The notes beneath the pieces were generated by a model. The model was not told the DNA's origin. It saw only the letters and a list, made by a program, of their open reading frames with translations, and made no database searches. A program made the position numbers and the translations under genes. From Nemertoderma westbladi (Eukaryota > Animalia > Xenacoelomorpha), in contig JAUCBJ010008053.1 in the NCBI GenBank assembly GCA_032718475.1, positions 1 to 42,651 on the forward strand: a stretch of DNA of 42,651 nt, given 5' to 3'. Position 1 is the first letter of the stretch; the number at the start of each line of letters is the position of its first letter. Below are positions 11,616 to 22,171 of this stretch, piece by piece.

Positions 11616-13187
11616 TAGAGACACCTGTACTCCCTGAACCTACCTCTAAATTCCCTCTGCACAGCACTAAGCTACCTGTGTCCCACAGAACCACCCTTGA
11701 AAATGTTTATGTCCTGGACTCCGAGCGAAATATTAATGATTTGTCGCCCGTTGTCCCTCGTCCGCCCGCTACAACGTTGGCGCCTCCCGCTTCGGCGGTC
11801 GAGTGGGTAGATGAGGGACGACGGGAGATGGGTCTCCTGCTCAGGCAGCTGAGGGAACACCGTTCCCGCTCCTCTCAGCAAGTCCAGGAGATGGAGGGGA
11901 CTGTGCAGCAGTTAAAGGGAACAATTAGAGAGAGTAGGTTAGAGTTGCAAGAAGTGCAGCAAAGTATCGCGTTAGAACACGATAAATTAGTAAATACACA
12001 AAAGGGTATACCACCACCCCCTGTAACAATGTGTCAACCTGTTAGGTCTGAAGTATTTCATGCGCAAGGTGTGGAGCCTACACGCATCTATACTGCTAGC
12101 GAAGTGGAAACTCCTATAGTAAACCCTATTAAGGGTAATTATAAACCTGTCGACAATGATATCCCATATAGACTTGATAATAATCTGAGAAATTTATATA
12201 CCGATAACTCGATATTAAATAACACTATGGCCCAAGAAAGTTTTACGCGTCAAATGGCTAGAACCGAAGCCCGTCAAGCGGTAAAGGTGGGAGAGATCGT
12301 CAAGTTCAATGGAGATGAGATGAAATGGTTACCTTTTAATGAATATTACAAAGATAACATACAGAACTCTGTGCTATCAAACGGAGAGAAACTTCGATTC
12401 CTCATCGAGTGCTTGGAAGGATCTCCCAAGTTAATGGCGTTAAAGTTTATTGGACATCCCGATGGATTAAGACAAGTTTGGGATACCCTAAACATCAGGT
12501 ATGGTAATAGGAATAATATAGCTAGGTATTTGTATGCAAAATTGGTAGCGCCACGAAAATTCATTAGCAGCGGGATTATAGAGTTTTCCGATGAGATTCA
12601 AGAGATCTGTAGACAATTAGATTGGCTAGGTAAGTCTCATGAATATCAACCTACCATGGCTGATCTCATGTCATTCTTAGATGGAGAAGTGAAATTACAG
12701 CTCCTAAGGCAGTCCAGAGAGAAGACACCGGAAAACAAGGTAAGTGAGAAACCCGTTTCTAGGAGAAAAGTAACACCAGTGTGTTATACCGACGACGGCG
12801 AAAGCCAGACTTCTCAAGGAGAGGACAGCGGGAAAGACACTGAAAGATCTTATTATGTCAATAAAACGCCTAAAGAACAGGTAAGTAAATTCAAGTCTCG
12901 AACCAATGACAGGAGAGAACAGGTAAGAAAAACTCCTCCTACGTCTCCTAAGAGAATTCAGTTAAGAAAGCCCGAAGAAAGAACGAGTGTGCACAATGTT
13001 ACTCAAAATACGGTAAGTAACATCAAACCGAAATGTGCACTATGTGATGGGACCCACCGTTTGAATGTGTGTGATGAATTCCTAAGGAAATCATTAAAGG
13101 ATAGACGGGAAGTCATGTGGGATAAGCGGTTGTGTTATAATTGCCTCAGACAAGGACACCAATGGCAAACCTGTTACTCCGACGCAA
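11612..13187 (+). CDS. gag: Element C Gag core (DUF1759-like region and Cys knuckles), interrupted by element B
   Basis: KFNGDEMKWLPF...EKLRFLIECLEG...RYGN, CALCDGTHRLNVC and CYNCLRQGHQWQTC. It resumes as CAKCGAKHHLLLH after the CGCAA duplication. Confidence 0.85.
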
Positions 13188-13726
13188 TGTGACGGGATCC
13201 AAGAGGGATCCCGGTTTATCCGGTTTTAGTTCACGCGTCCCCGCCGTGTATAAAGAGTAAATGAGTTTATGCTGTTCGTCGTATATAATATTAGGATATG
13301 CAGATATAGATATAGATATAAGATAATATTGTCGTATACGGAAGGCGGGATACGGTAACTAAAGTCCCAGTCCTTCCCTAGCTAAACTATTGTAACCTAA
13401 TCTAGCACCGGTATTGCACTGAGATAACTGAATTGGTATGATTACTGCCAAGTGGCTATATTGCACGGTTGGCCTTATTGCTACTCAATCGATGCCTTTC
13501 CCCCCTCCTGATTGGTTGATACCCTTGTTGGCGCCCTTTGGAGTGTTCCCGTTCACTCCACCTGTTCTCTCTGGGTTAGGGGTTTGGCCCCTGACCCTCA
13601 TTGTGTGTTTCCTTCCCATTCTTATTGGGATAGCACGAGTTGGTTAATTACCCAATCTCATGGCTCCCAATATTGCTTATCGGCTTACAACTTTATGGGG
13701 TGTTAGCGGGATTGAATAAGCTAACA
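13188..13726 (-). repeat. Full LTR copy of B, flanked on both sides by CGCAA
   Basis: TGTGACGGGATCC...GCTAACA; near identical to 30502-31042. Confidence 0.95.
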
Positions 13727-14256
13727 CGCAAGGTGTGCGAAGTGCGGTGCAAAACATCATCTCTTGTTGCACACTGAATTCGAAAGAAACAGCCCGAGTC
13801 AGGTAACTGATTCCGAACTACATGTCCAATTCAGTGATGTGAACGACACTGACCAAAGTTCTGAGATGGAAGGATTCTATACGGATGAATTCTCCGACGA
13901 AGATGAATCCTGTTACATGATAAATACCGCAGTGTATCGAGCACTTACGTATGAAAAAGACACAGACAGCGACCTCACCCTAACTACTTCTGATCGACAA
14001 CCATCTTGGAAAGCGCCAACTTCCAATGTAGGAATCCGAGAATTTCCTGTAGTACAGTTAAGGGTCCACGGACCTAAAAGGAGTTATATAGTGAACACCC
14101 TCCTTGACTCCGGTAGCACAGGAACATTCATCGACAAAGAACTAGCCGAAGACATCTTTGCTGGACAACCCAAGTTCCGAACTAAGTTAAACATGTCAGG
14201 AATTATGCAGGTTTGGAAATCTACAGTAATAGCCGATTATTATGTAGGTGCGTTGT
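13727..14256 (+). repeat. 530-bp duplicate of the C gag-protease flank
   Basis: Appears identical to 31043-31572 and gives the same translation, LHTEF...YYVGAL. Confidence 0.95.
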
Positions 14257-14436
14257 TCCCGTTCACTCCACCTGTTCTCTCTGGGTTAGGGGTTTGGCCC
14301 CTGACCCTCATTGTGTGTTTCCTTCCCATTCTTATTGGGATGGCACGAGTTGGTTAATTACCCAATCTCGTGGCTCCCAATATTGCTTATCGGCTTACAA
14401 CTTTATGGGGTGTTAGCGGGATTGAATAAGCTAACA
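14254..14436 (-). repeat. Partial (183 bp) 3' LTR of B adjacent to the PPT
   Basis: Matches 13544-13726 and is joined to the duplicated flank through TGT microhomology. Confidence 0.9.
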
Positions 14437-14474
14437 CTCCCCCCCATGCTATCTTCCCGGTAAGAAGATAGCAT
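14437..14474 (-). promoter_or_regulatory. Polypurine tract of B plus adjoining 11-bp stem-loop
   Basis: The minus strand reads ATGCTATCTTC-TTACCGG-GAAGATAGCAT GGGGGGGAG|TGTTAG. Confidence 0.85.
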
Positions 14475-15125
14475 CAACCAAAAAGTGCGCTGCAATCCCG
14501 CTGGATCCCGATCTAGTATCGGGTGTGGGGTGGAATTCTTTTCTCTCGGAGCCGGCTTTAAAGGCCGCTCCCTATGGGTATGATAACGCTACCCTGTGTG
14601 CCTGGCGTCTCATGTCGGGCCGATCGCGCTCACCTCTCACGCAACTTTTGTTACCCCCAACACTTCCGCCCCATCTCTTCTTCACTCTCATCCTAACTCT
14701 CTCATACACTCGGACCTCCTCGTCCCTCACTCAGCCTCTCATTCTCCCCCCCCCCCCCCCCCCACACTGGAATTGCGTCCGCACTCTCTCCGCACTTCGC
14801 ACCTATTACTCTGTCCCTCAACCCTACTCTGACTACCTCATCCTTCTGACGAATCTCCCCCCCCCCTCTTGTGCCGTCGCACTCAAGAAGTGTGAAATTG
14901 TCTGGTGTCTCGTCCATAGTGCCATAGTCAGTTTACCCCCCAGTCCCAGTAGCTAATTGAGAAAGGTTGTATGACTATAGTACTTACTCCGAATGTATAT
15001 TTGTAGATTACTCATTGCTACGTACATACATACAAATTGTACTTATATGATTATTCGCATTAATTAAATTTGTACATATTTCGCACGTCTCACGTGGCGC
15101 CTTCCAGGCGCACTACATCAAAGCC

Positions 15126-15958
15126 TCAGTCCATCCCTCCTTGGCGTCCGTGGTGTCCCCGAAAGTTGCACTTCGGACATCGGTTCTGCAACCGTGGACA
15201 CGCTCCCATCCTGTGGCTCGTCTCGTGGCAGTAGAGACAGCTGGTCCCTTTCTGGAACCTGTACAAGCAGCTCCTTTCCTGGTGGGTCTGTCTCCCACAG
15301 TAGCCGCAACCGAGTACCAATGTCTCCCGCCCCACGTCGTCTTTCATCCCAAGCGATCTCCGCGGTCTGTGGAGTCGCTGGTAGGCGAACTTCTAGACGT
15401 TAGCGTCCCTGTCTACATCGATCTCCTCGCCCCTCCCGGGCATCGTCTCTCCGAATACTACCCGTGGTGCCGTCCCCGGTTGCTTGCCCAACCTGATAGT
15501 GCTCCCCGCGAAATCCATCGCCGGCTCCTCGTGCACCCAGGCCCGCTTGCCGGGTTTGTCCCAGAAGGCTCTCGCCCCACTGGCCGTCACCACCCTCCCG
15601 CCAACCCAGTCCGTGTCTGAGTGGCCTATCCTCTCGATGGGCGGCATCTCTCCAAACTCGTCGTCGTCCTCGTCCTCCTCTCGCAGTGGTCCCAACCCCG
15701 GTATCCCGGTGGACCCACTATGTCCCTTCCCGCCTTGGCTCTCGCCCGTAGCTCTCCATCCCTCCAACTCCCTTAACTTCTCTCCTCTCTCACAAGTTTA
15801 CCTGCCATCTCGAACTCTGCCCGATCGCTCACCCGAAGGTGGTGCCTTGCCAAGGCGCAAACGTGATGAGTGATGGGTTTAGGTGGTTTAAGTTCAGTTC
15901 GATGGCCTATCTCTTTCTGAATTTCTGAGTTATTGCCTATTCTTACTACTGTTACCAT
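15126..15958 (-). pseudogene. Additional ORF downstream of pol in B, with tandem CCHC-type zinc knuckles
   Basis: CGYCGRQTHQERSC, CLYCHETSHRMGAC and CPKCNFRGH. ORFs 15393-15767 and 15126-15347 share one frame across a TAG. Confidence 0.7.
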
Positions 15959-16224
15959 AATTTGTTCCCCTTCTTAGCCCTATTCTTATTCTAATTTTAT
16001 TTTTAATTTCAATCCTACTGCCTTACTGCTTCCTATTGATTATTCTATTCCCTAATCCACATTCTGGCCTACTCTGTGGGCCTATACAGTACAGCAGTGT
16101 GCGTCGTGTGGCCACACGATTTACCCAGCTGTACTCATATGCCCCCCTCTCGCTACTAACGCTACTAACTGCTAACTAATATCTATATCTTATATACCCT
16201 TCTACCTCTTACTCTCTCTCTCTA

Positions 16225-16625
16225 ACTAACGGTACTACGTACCCTAACTCTAACTCTTCTCTAACGGTACTACGTACCCTCTAACTCTCTAACTAACTAA
16301 CGGTACTTACGTACCCTCTAACTCTCTAACTAACTAACGGTACTTATGTACCCTCTAACTCTCTAACTAACTAACGGTACTTACGTACCCTCTAACTCTC
16401 CTCTAACTAGCGGTACTACGTACCCTCTAACTCTCTAACTAACTAGGTACTACGTACCTTCTAACTAACTAACTAACTAGGTACTACGTACCTTCTAACT
16501 AACTCTCTAACTGGCGGTACTACGTACCTTCTAACTAACTCTCTGACTGGCGGTACTACATACCCTCTAACTAACTAACTAACTAGGTACTACGTACCTT
16601 CTAACTAACTTCTGCCTACTAACTG
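16225..16625. repeat. ~30-bp minisatellite between pol and the extra ORF
   Basis: About a dozen GGTACT(T)ACGTACC cores separated by CTAA/CTCT runs. Confidence 0.85.
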
Positions 16626-16649
16626 CGTACCTACCATGTACTATTATTT

Positions 16650-19600
16650 TTATTTTATTTTTATTTTATTTGTGTGGGAAGGGCGTCTCGCCCTCAATCC
16701 CACCCCCCTCAGTCCAAATCTTGGACGACTAAACTCTACTCTAACTTCTAGCAGACAGCATTTGCCTACTGCTCTCCTGTAGGTTTTCCTGTCCTTCGCA
16801 CCTATCTTACCACCTATCCGCACTTCTACCGATCGGACTCTTCCGTCCTCATCGGAGTAGGTGCCTACAACTCTCGCCAACTGCCACTGGTTGTTGATGA
16901 TAGTATCATCCGTAACGATTACGAGATCTCCTACTCTTAACTCCCTGTTCGGCTTCCTCCACTTGCTTCGCTTATGGAGCGTGGGTAGGTATTCTTCTAC
17001 CCACCTCCTCCAATACTCTGCGCTTATTGCTTTAGCGACTTTCCAACTTTGGCGGGAGTGTATGTCATCTGGGTCTACACCCCGCATATCGATGGTCGCT
17101 GGCCTTTCCATCAGGAAATGGCTAGGCGTCAGCACGTCTAATGACTCAGGGTCATCATTCTCCGGATATAGCGGTCTGCTATTAATGATCCCCTCGCATT
17201 TCGCAAGTACTGTCCGTAAGACGTCCTCAGTGACCATGTGGGTGTTCATTAGCTTCGTCATTAGATGCTTTGAACTGCCCACCAGTCTCTCGACGCATCC
17301 TAGTGTATGTGGTGCATACGGCGTCCTTCTCTCCCACTTTACTTGTCGTCGTCTCATGGCTGCCCTGACTTCTTCTCCCTCCAAGATGTCCAAGGCCTCT
17401 GCCATCTCACTCTCTGCGCCCACAAAGTTGGTGCCGTTGTCGCTGTATATCACTGCGATCGTCCCACCTTTGCGGTCCCTAAACCTTTCTAAGGCGTTAA
17501 TGAACGCTGATGCGGTTGCATCTTGGGCGAGTTCTATCCCTACCGCCCGCGTGTTGTTGCATACGAAGATAATGCCGTAGCGTTTCTCCGTGTGTCGCAT
17601 CACTCTGATCTTTATCGGCCCGAACATGTCCACACCGCAATGCGTAAATGGTGGGTCGTGCTGTCTTACCCTACTCGCCGGTAGTGGCGTCATCTCCTGT
17701 ACGGCTCGCTCCTTCTTCGCTCGTCGGCAGGTCTGGCACTGCCCCACTACCGCTTTTACCTTTTTCCTCAGTTGTTTGACCCAATAGGTCCTCCTTATCT
17801 CTGTGAGGGTTCGGTTGGTGCCCCCATGCAATATCGATTTGTGGGAGTCCCATATAATCTGGTGGACTATTGGCGATCCTGTAGGAATGATGATGGGTTT
17901 CGGTGGTACGACTATGCTGTTGTTGTATCCCACCCTGGAATTCATTACTAGAATCCCGTCGTCATTGAGTTGTGGCGACAGCGTAATCAGCTCGCTGTCC
18001 CGTCGGAGGTGCTGTTGGTTACCGATGCGTTCCACCTCGTCGCCGTAGTTCTTCCGTTGTTCATAGCGGATCACTGCCTTGGCCGCTCCTTCCAGATCTA
18101 TGGTTGTCCTGATCTTCTTGTCCTTGCCAACTCCCGCAAGGAAATTCCCGAATGCTCTCCAGTACACCACTAGTTTCTTGGTCTTATACCAACTAGAACT
18201 GTAGCTGAGGAGTTTATCCGTCGGGTTATCGCACAGTTCTCGTCCTGGTTGCACGTCCCTAATCTCCCTCACCATCTGGGAGTATATCTCTTCTCCCTCT
18301 GAATCTCCCTCTTCTCCCTCTGACACTACTTCTGTGCCCGGGTCCACCTTTCTCATCGGCGGCCAGGCCTCCTTATCGCTCAGAAATTGTGGCCCATGTT
18401 GCCACAATACTTCCTTCTTCAAGAAAGTGTGGCGTACCACGCCCCTCGACAACAAGTCCGCTGGGTTCTCGTCCGTTGGGCAGTAGTGCCACCTTTCCAG
18501 TTCTGTGCTCGCCCTTATTTCGTCCACTCTATTCGCGACGAATATCGGGTATCTCGTCCTTTCGTTGTGTAGCCAACCAAGCACTACCATGGAGTCCGTC
18601 CAGTAGTGTGTCTCCACTATGTTGGGAATAGTATCCACTAGGTAGGCTGTGGCTCTTACTCCTAGTCTCGCGGCTGTCAATTCTAGCTTAGGAACTGATG
18701 CTGAATCTGGTGGCGTTGACTTTGCTTTGCTAAAGGCTAGTCTTGGCTTGTGAGCCCCCTCTCGTTGTACTAAGTAGAGTGCCGCTCCGTACGCTTCCAA
18801 CGACGCGTCGGAGAACATGTGTAGGTCCAGATTCGTCATGTTCCCATCCGGGAAATACACCCGTGGCATGTTGTATGTTCCCATCTTCTCCAAGTCTCCT
18901 GTCCACTTGCTCCACTGTTTCTTGATTTCCTCTGGTACCTCTACGTCCCACTCATCCTTCAGTTTGTATACTCTCTTGAGTATCTGTTTCCCCGTGACTA
19001 ATAATGGGGATGCTAGGCCTAGGGGATCGTATATCCTTGCTATATACGATACATAGCCCCTCTTCGTGTGGATGTCTGCGCCCTCCTGGCTCAGCTGATA
19101 CTTCAGTTCGTCTGTCTCTCTATCCCACACGATTCCCAATGCCTTCTGTTGAGATTCTGTTCTCTTAATCGCCATGTCCTGCCCTTTGGCTGTTGTGGGA
19201 TTGTCCATGGTCGATTCTGGTCTCCTGTCCTCTATCGCCTTAATAAATTCTTCCGAACTGGATTGGAATTTGGTCAGGTTAAAGCCGGATCCTTTTAGGA
19301 TGTCGCGAACCTCGCGCCCTGTGTCCAGTATCTCCTTAACCGTATTTCCAGACTCCATTCCGTCGTCTACGTAGAAGCCGCGTCGAATCATATCGACGGC
19401 CCTACTGCTGTATCTATCTTCCTTCCCCTTTACTGTGTCTCTCACTGCCATAGTCGTTGTAAATGAAGACGACTTGGCCCCCATGTTCTGTACTACCATC
19501 TTATATGCCGGTATTATCGACGGTTCTTCCTCGCCGTTATACCATAAGAAGCGCTGACTGTCGCTATCTTCCTCCGTTACACGGACTTGGTTGAACATGC

Positions 19601-19652
19601 CTTCTATATCACACGTGAAGGCGTGTTTTCCATTTCTAAATCTAAGTAACAC
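16650..19652 (-). CDS. pol: Element B Pol: reverse transcriptase, Pao-type RNase H and integrase
   Basis: DIEGMF, FYVDD, IYDPLG, FSDAS, PKLEL, WTDS, NPADLLSRG, H..HGG..CQTC, VDMFGP, SDNGTNF and a DUF5641-like EYLPTL...W C-terminus. Confidence 0.97.
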   Translation of the reverse strand: MLLRFRNGKHAFTCDIEGMFNQVRVTEEDSDSQRFLWYNGEEEPSIIPAYKMVVQNMGAKSSSFTTTMAVRDTVKGKEDRYSSRAVDMIRRGFYVDDGMESGNTVKEILDTGREVRDILKGSGFNLTKFQSSSEEFIKAIEDRRPESTMDNPTTAKGQDMAIKRTESQQKALGIVWDRETDELKYQLSQEGADIHTKRGYVSYIARIYDPLGLASPLLVTGKQILKRVYKLKDEWDVEVPEEIKKQWSKWTGDLEKMGTYNMPRVYFPDGNMTNLDLHMFSDASLEAYGAALYLVQREGAHKPRLAFSKAKSTPPDSASVPKLELTAARLGVRATAYLVDTIPNIVETHYWTDSMVVLGWLHNERTRYPIFVANRVDEIRASTELERWHYCPTDENPADLLSRGVVRHTFLKKEVLWQHGPQFLSDKEAWPPMRKVDPGTEVVSEGEEGDSEGEEIYSQMVREIRDVQPGRELCDNPTDKLLSYSSSWYKTKKLVVYWRAFGNFLAGVGKDKKIRTTIDLEGAAKAVIRYEQRKNYGDEVERIGNQQHLRRDSELITLSPQLNDDGILVMNSRVGYNNSIVVPPKPIIIPTGSPIVHQIIWDSHKSILHGGTNRTLTEIRRTYWVKQLRKKVKAVVGQCQTCRRAKKERAVQEMTPLPASRVRQHDPPFTHCGVDMFGPIKIRVMRHTEKRYGIIFVCNNTRAVGIELAQDATASAFINALERFRDRKGGTIAVIYSDNGTNFVGAESEMAEALDILEGEEVRAAMRRRQVKWERRTPYAPHTLGCVERLVGSSKHLMTKLMNTHMVTEDVLRTVLAKCEGIINSRPLYPENDDPESLDVLTPSHFLMERPATIDMRGVDPDDIHSRQSWKVAKAISAEYWRRWVEEYLPTLHKRSKWRKPNRELRVGDLVIVTDDTIINNQWQLARVVGTYSDEDGRVRSVEVRIGGKIGAKDRKTYRRAVGKCCLLEVRVEFSRPRFGLRGVGLRARRPSHTNKIKIK

Positions 19653-19718
19653 CTCTATGCCCGAATTGTATATGTTTGGGCCTTCTAACAGGTAGTCGTT
19701 TAAGCACTTTCCGTCGGT

Positions 19719-21457
19719 CTATGCCGATGCGTCGACTACCATCCGTAGTTTACCTTTCTTTGGATCTAAAGCCACGTGTAGTGGCAGGTAATATGTCCTG
19801 TCCGTGTTTGGCTCGTCGACCGGTAACTCCACGGCCCATCCTTTCTCGACGTACTTCTTAATTGTTCTGTGGATGTACTCATTCTTCTCGGGGCTCCGTT
19901 TTAGTGTTTGTTTCAGTTTGCGGAGTCTCGTGAGTACCATCCCCCTATTGTCGGGCAGCGGTATCTTCTGTAGTTTCCATACCATTCCTATAGTATACCG
20001 CCCCTCATTGCATGTCATCGATTCCTCCACGCTTTGTAAAGCTTGCTTGTCTTCTACTGAGGTCCCGACCCCGGTTTCTTTCAGTCCCTCGAAATCCTGT
20101 CTGAGCAGTCTTTTAAGCTGCTCCTCTGCTCCCTCGTCACCCATTTCCTGCATTGTTCCCGTGAACATGCATCCTGATGTCTCTGACATCCTAAATGGTA
20201 TCTTGCTCTTAATTGGACCACTCAGCGTCCACCCGAATGGTGTTAATATGGCCACCGGATCACTCTGCTTGTCTTCGCCGAAGACCGTTTGCATTCTTTC
20301 GTGGGCCGTTGGGCAGTCCATGCCTACTATGATGGACACCTTCCTAACATCCACGTCTGGGATTGAGAAGTCAATGTTGTCCAGGAATTTATACTGCTCG
20401 ACCTCGATGTTGGTTGGTCGCCTGGCATTAATATTAATTGACTCTATCACTTGGATGGGGTCGATGGTTGCCCCTAGTCGCATCCTGGTGCCACTGCTGC
20501 AATTGCGCACCGTCCTGTCCTCATCTCCAGGATCTCATCTTTGCTAGAGATGGTTGTTACCGCCATTCTGCTTGGCCTCATTCTCAATCCTATCTCTTCG
20601 GCCACCCATTCCTCGACTAATGTGAAGGCAGCTCCACTATCAACCAGCATTAGCGTTGTTACTGATCGATTGCCTTCCCCAATCACTCGCACGGGTACTA
20701 CTCCAAGTAGCACCGTTCCTCTCTTCTTCGCTCCTACTGTGCTCGTCGCCATCGTTTGGCCTCTTCTCTGACCAAATTTTATCGGCTTCTCCTTGCACTC
20801 CCTTGCTCTATGTCCACTCATTACACATCGCGAGCAGATATTATTGCTCAACGCATAATCTATCTGATCTTGCCTAGGTAGCGCCTGCCAGTACCTGCAG
20901 TTCATGGTTTGATGAAGCGCATTTGCGTGTAGCTGGCATTTGCTCTTTGGGTTGTAGCCCTCTTTATACAGCGCATTGCGTATCGCAGTTGCGTTCGTAC
21001 CAAAGTCCCTACTATTCTTATTGTTTGGATTCAGCCTACTGGACGTACTGGGGTTATGTTTATTCGTGCTGTTATTGTTCCCCTGTCCGTTCCATGGTGT
21101 TGTCTCATCTTCGGCTAGCTGTGGACTTGCAGTCCCCTGCGTCGCTGCATATGGCAATGATTGCCTGAGCCTCGGTAATGCGTTTGATGTATTGTGCTCT
21201 GGTTTCGGTCTATGGTAATCCGTCTTCGGTCCCTTTCCCAGGCTATCTTCGCTGTAGACTGGGTCAGTTATTAGCTCAGCCTCGTAGTTTAAGAAGTTTG
21301 ACATTTCTTCTAAACCCGGTTCCGCACCCTTCTTGTCTCGAGTGGAGAAAGCAATTTTCCTCCACTTGTTGCGCATCCAACTCGGTAGTGCCTGCGCTAT
21401 CGTGGTGATGTTATTGGACGCATTGAGCTCGTATGGCGCGTCTAGCGTCTTCAGCAC
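19719..21457 (-). pseudogene. Element B Gag C-terminus, aspartic protease and RT N-terminus; frameshift near 20500, in-frame TAG at 19719
   Basis: CSRCVMSGHRAREC, LVDSGA, TPFGWTLSGP and YYLPLH...KLRMVVDASA, which is in frame with the pol ORF. Confidence 0.9.
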
Positions 21458-21461
21458 GATC

Positions 21462-21620
21462 TGTTATATTATTTACTGTATGTGTCTTTTGTCTAGTTAC
21501 TGTTTTATAGTTTGTGCTAGTACCGTGTTTGAGTCTGTATGTGTTCTTCATTATATGCAAGCACCACTGTACAGCTGTACCTACCAGGTCAGCAGGTACC
21601 GGTATCTTTCTACTTTAACA
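21462..21620 (+). repeat. 5' LTR of E
   Basis: TGTTATATT...TTTAACA; same as 26227-26385. Confidence 0.95.
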
Positions 21621-21621
21621 A

Positions 21622-21633
21622 TGGTAGCAGAGC
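21622..21633 (+). promoter_or_regulatory. tRNA-iMet primer-binding site
   Basis: TGGTAGCAGAGC, one base after the LTR. Confidence 0.9.
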
Positions 21634-21799
21634 ATTCTGGCATTACTGCATTAACTGAAACAACCCGGTCTGCCAGTGTTTACAGTTTAATCAACTAGCC
21701 TTGTGTGTTGAGTTGAGTTGACGTTGACGGTACTGCTGATGCTGAATTTAATACCGGTACAGTAATACCGGTCAGCCGGTATTAATGTAGGCCTATTAA

Positions 21800-21992
21800 A
21801 GCGTGATGGCGCAATACTGCAATATCTGAATATATGAATGCGTAGGGTGCGTGATGGCGCAATATAGCAATCAATGAAAGCGTGATGGCGCAATACAATG
21901 ACAGAATGAAAGCGTGATGGCGCAATACAATGACAGAATGAAAGCGTGATGGCGCAATACAATTGTACAATGAATGCGTGATGGCGCAAATG
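21800..21992 (+). repeat. Six GCGTGATGGCGCAA motifs (~32-bp period) in the Copia leader
   Basis: Copies at ~21801, 21849, 21880, 21912, 21944 and 21976. Confidence 0.85.
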
Positions 21993-22171
21993 AAGATATA
22001 TTCCGGTAAAAAACAAAATTAGGTCTGACAGACTACCGGTACCGGTACTGGTTTCTTGAACTAAAACCTTCCCAGGCCTAGGGCATTATCAATTATGGCT
22101 CTAGCAATCTCCCCACTGTAGTATAGCAGTGTAGTCCTGTAGTCTACTTTAAAAATTAAAAAAAAACAATT

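Noticed and set aside
11590-11620. Programmed frameshift between the two C gag ORFs
   Set aside because: No clear slippery heptamer at the overlap. A mutation in a defective element is simpler, though one copy cannot exclude it.
13438-13706. Hydrophobic ORFs in the B LTR resembling a membrane or env peptide
   Set aside because: They are antisense to the element, the frame is not kept in the 30502-31042 copy, and they are not evident in the D LTR.
16861-21408. Multiple + strand ORFs over B pol
   Set aside because: They are antisense shadows of the minus-strand polyprotein and carry no motifs.
21800-21992. CRISPR-like repeat-spacer pattern
   Set aside because: Spacers are short and related to each other, and the array lies in a Copia leader.
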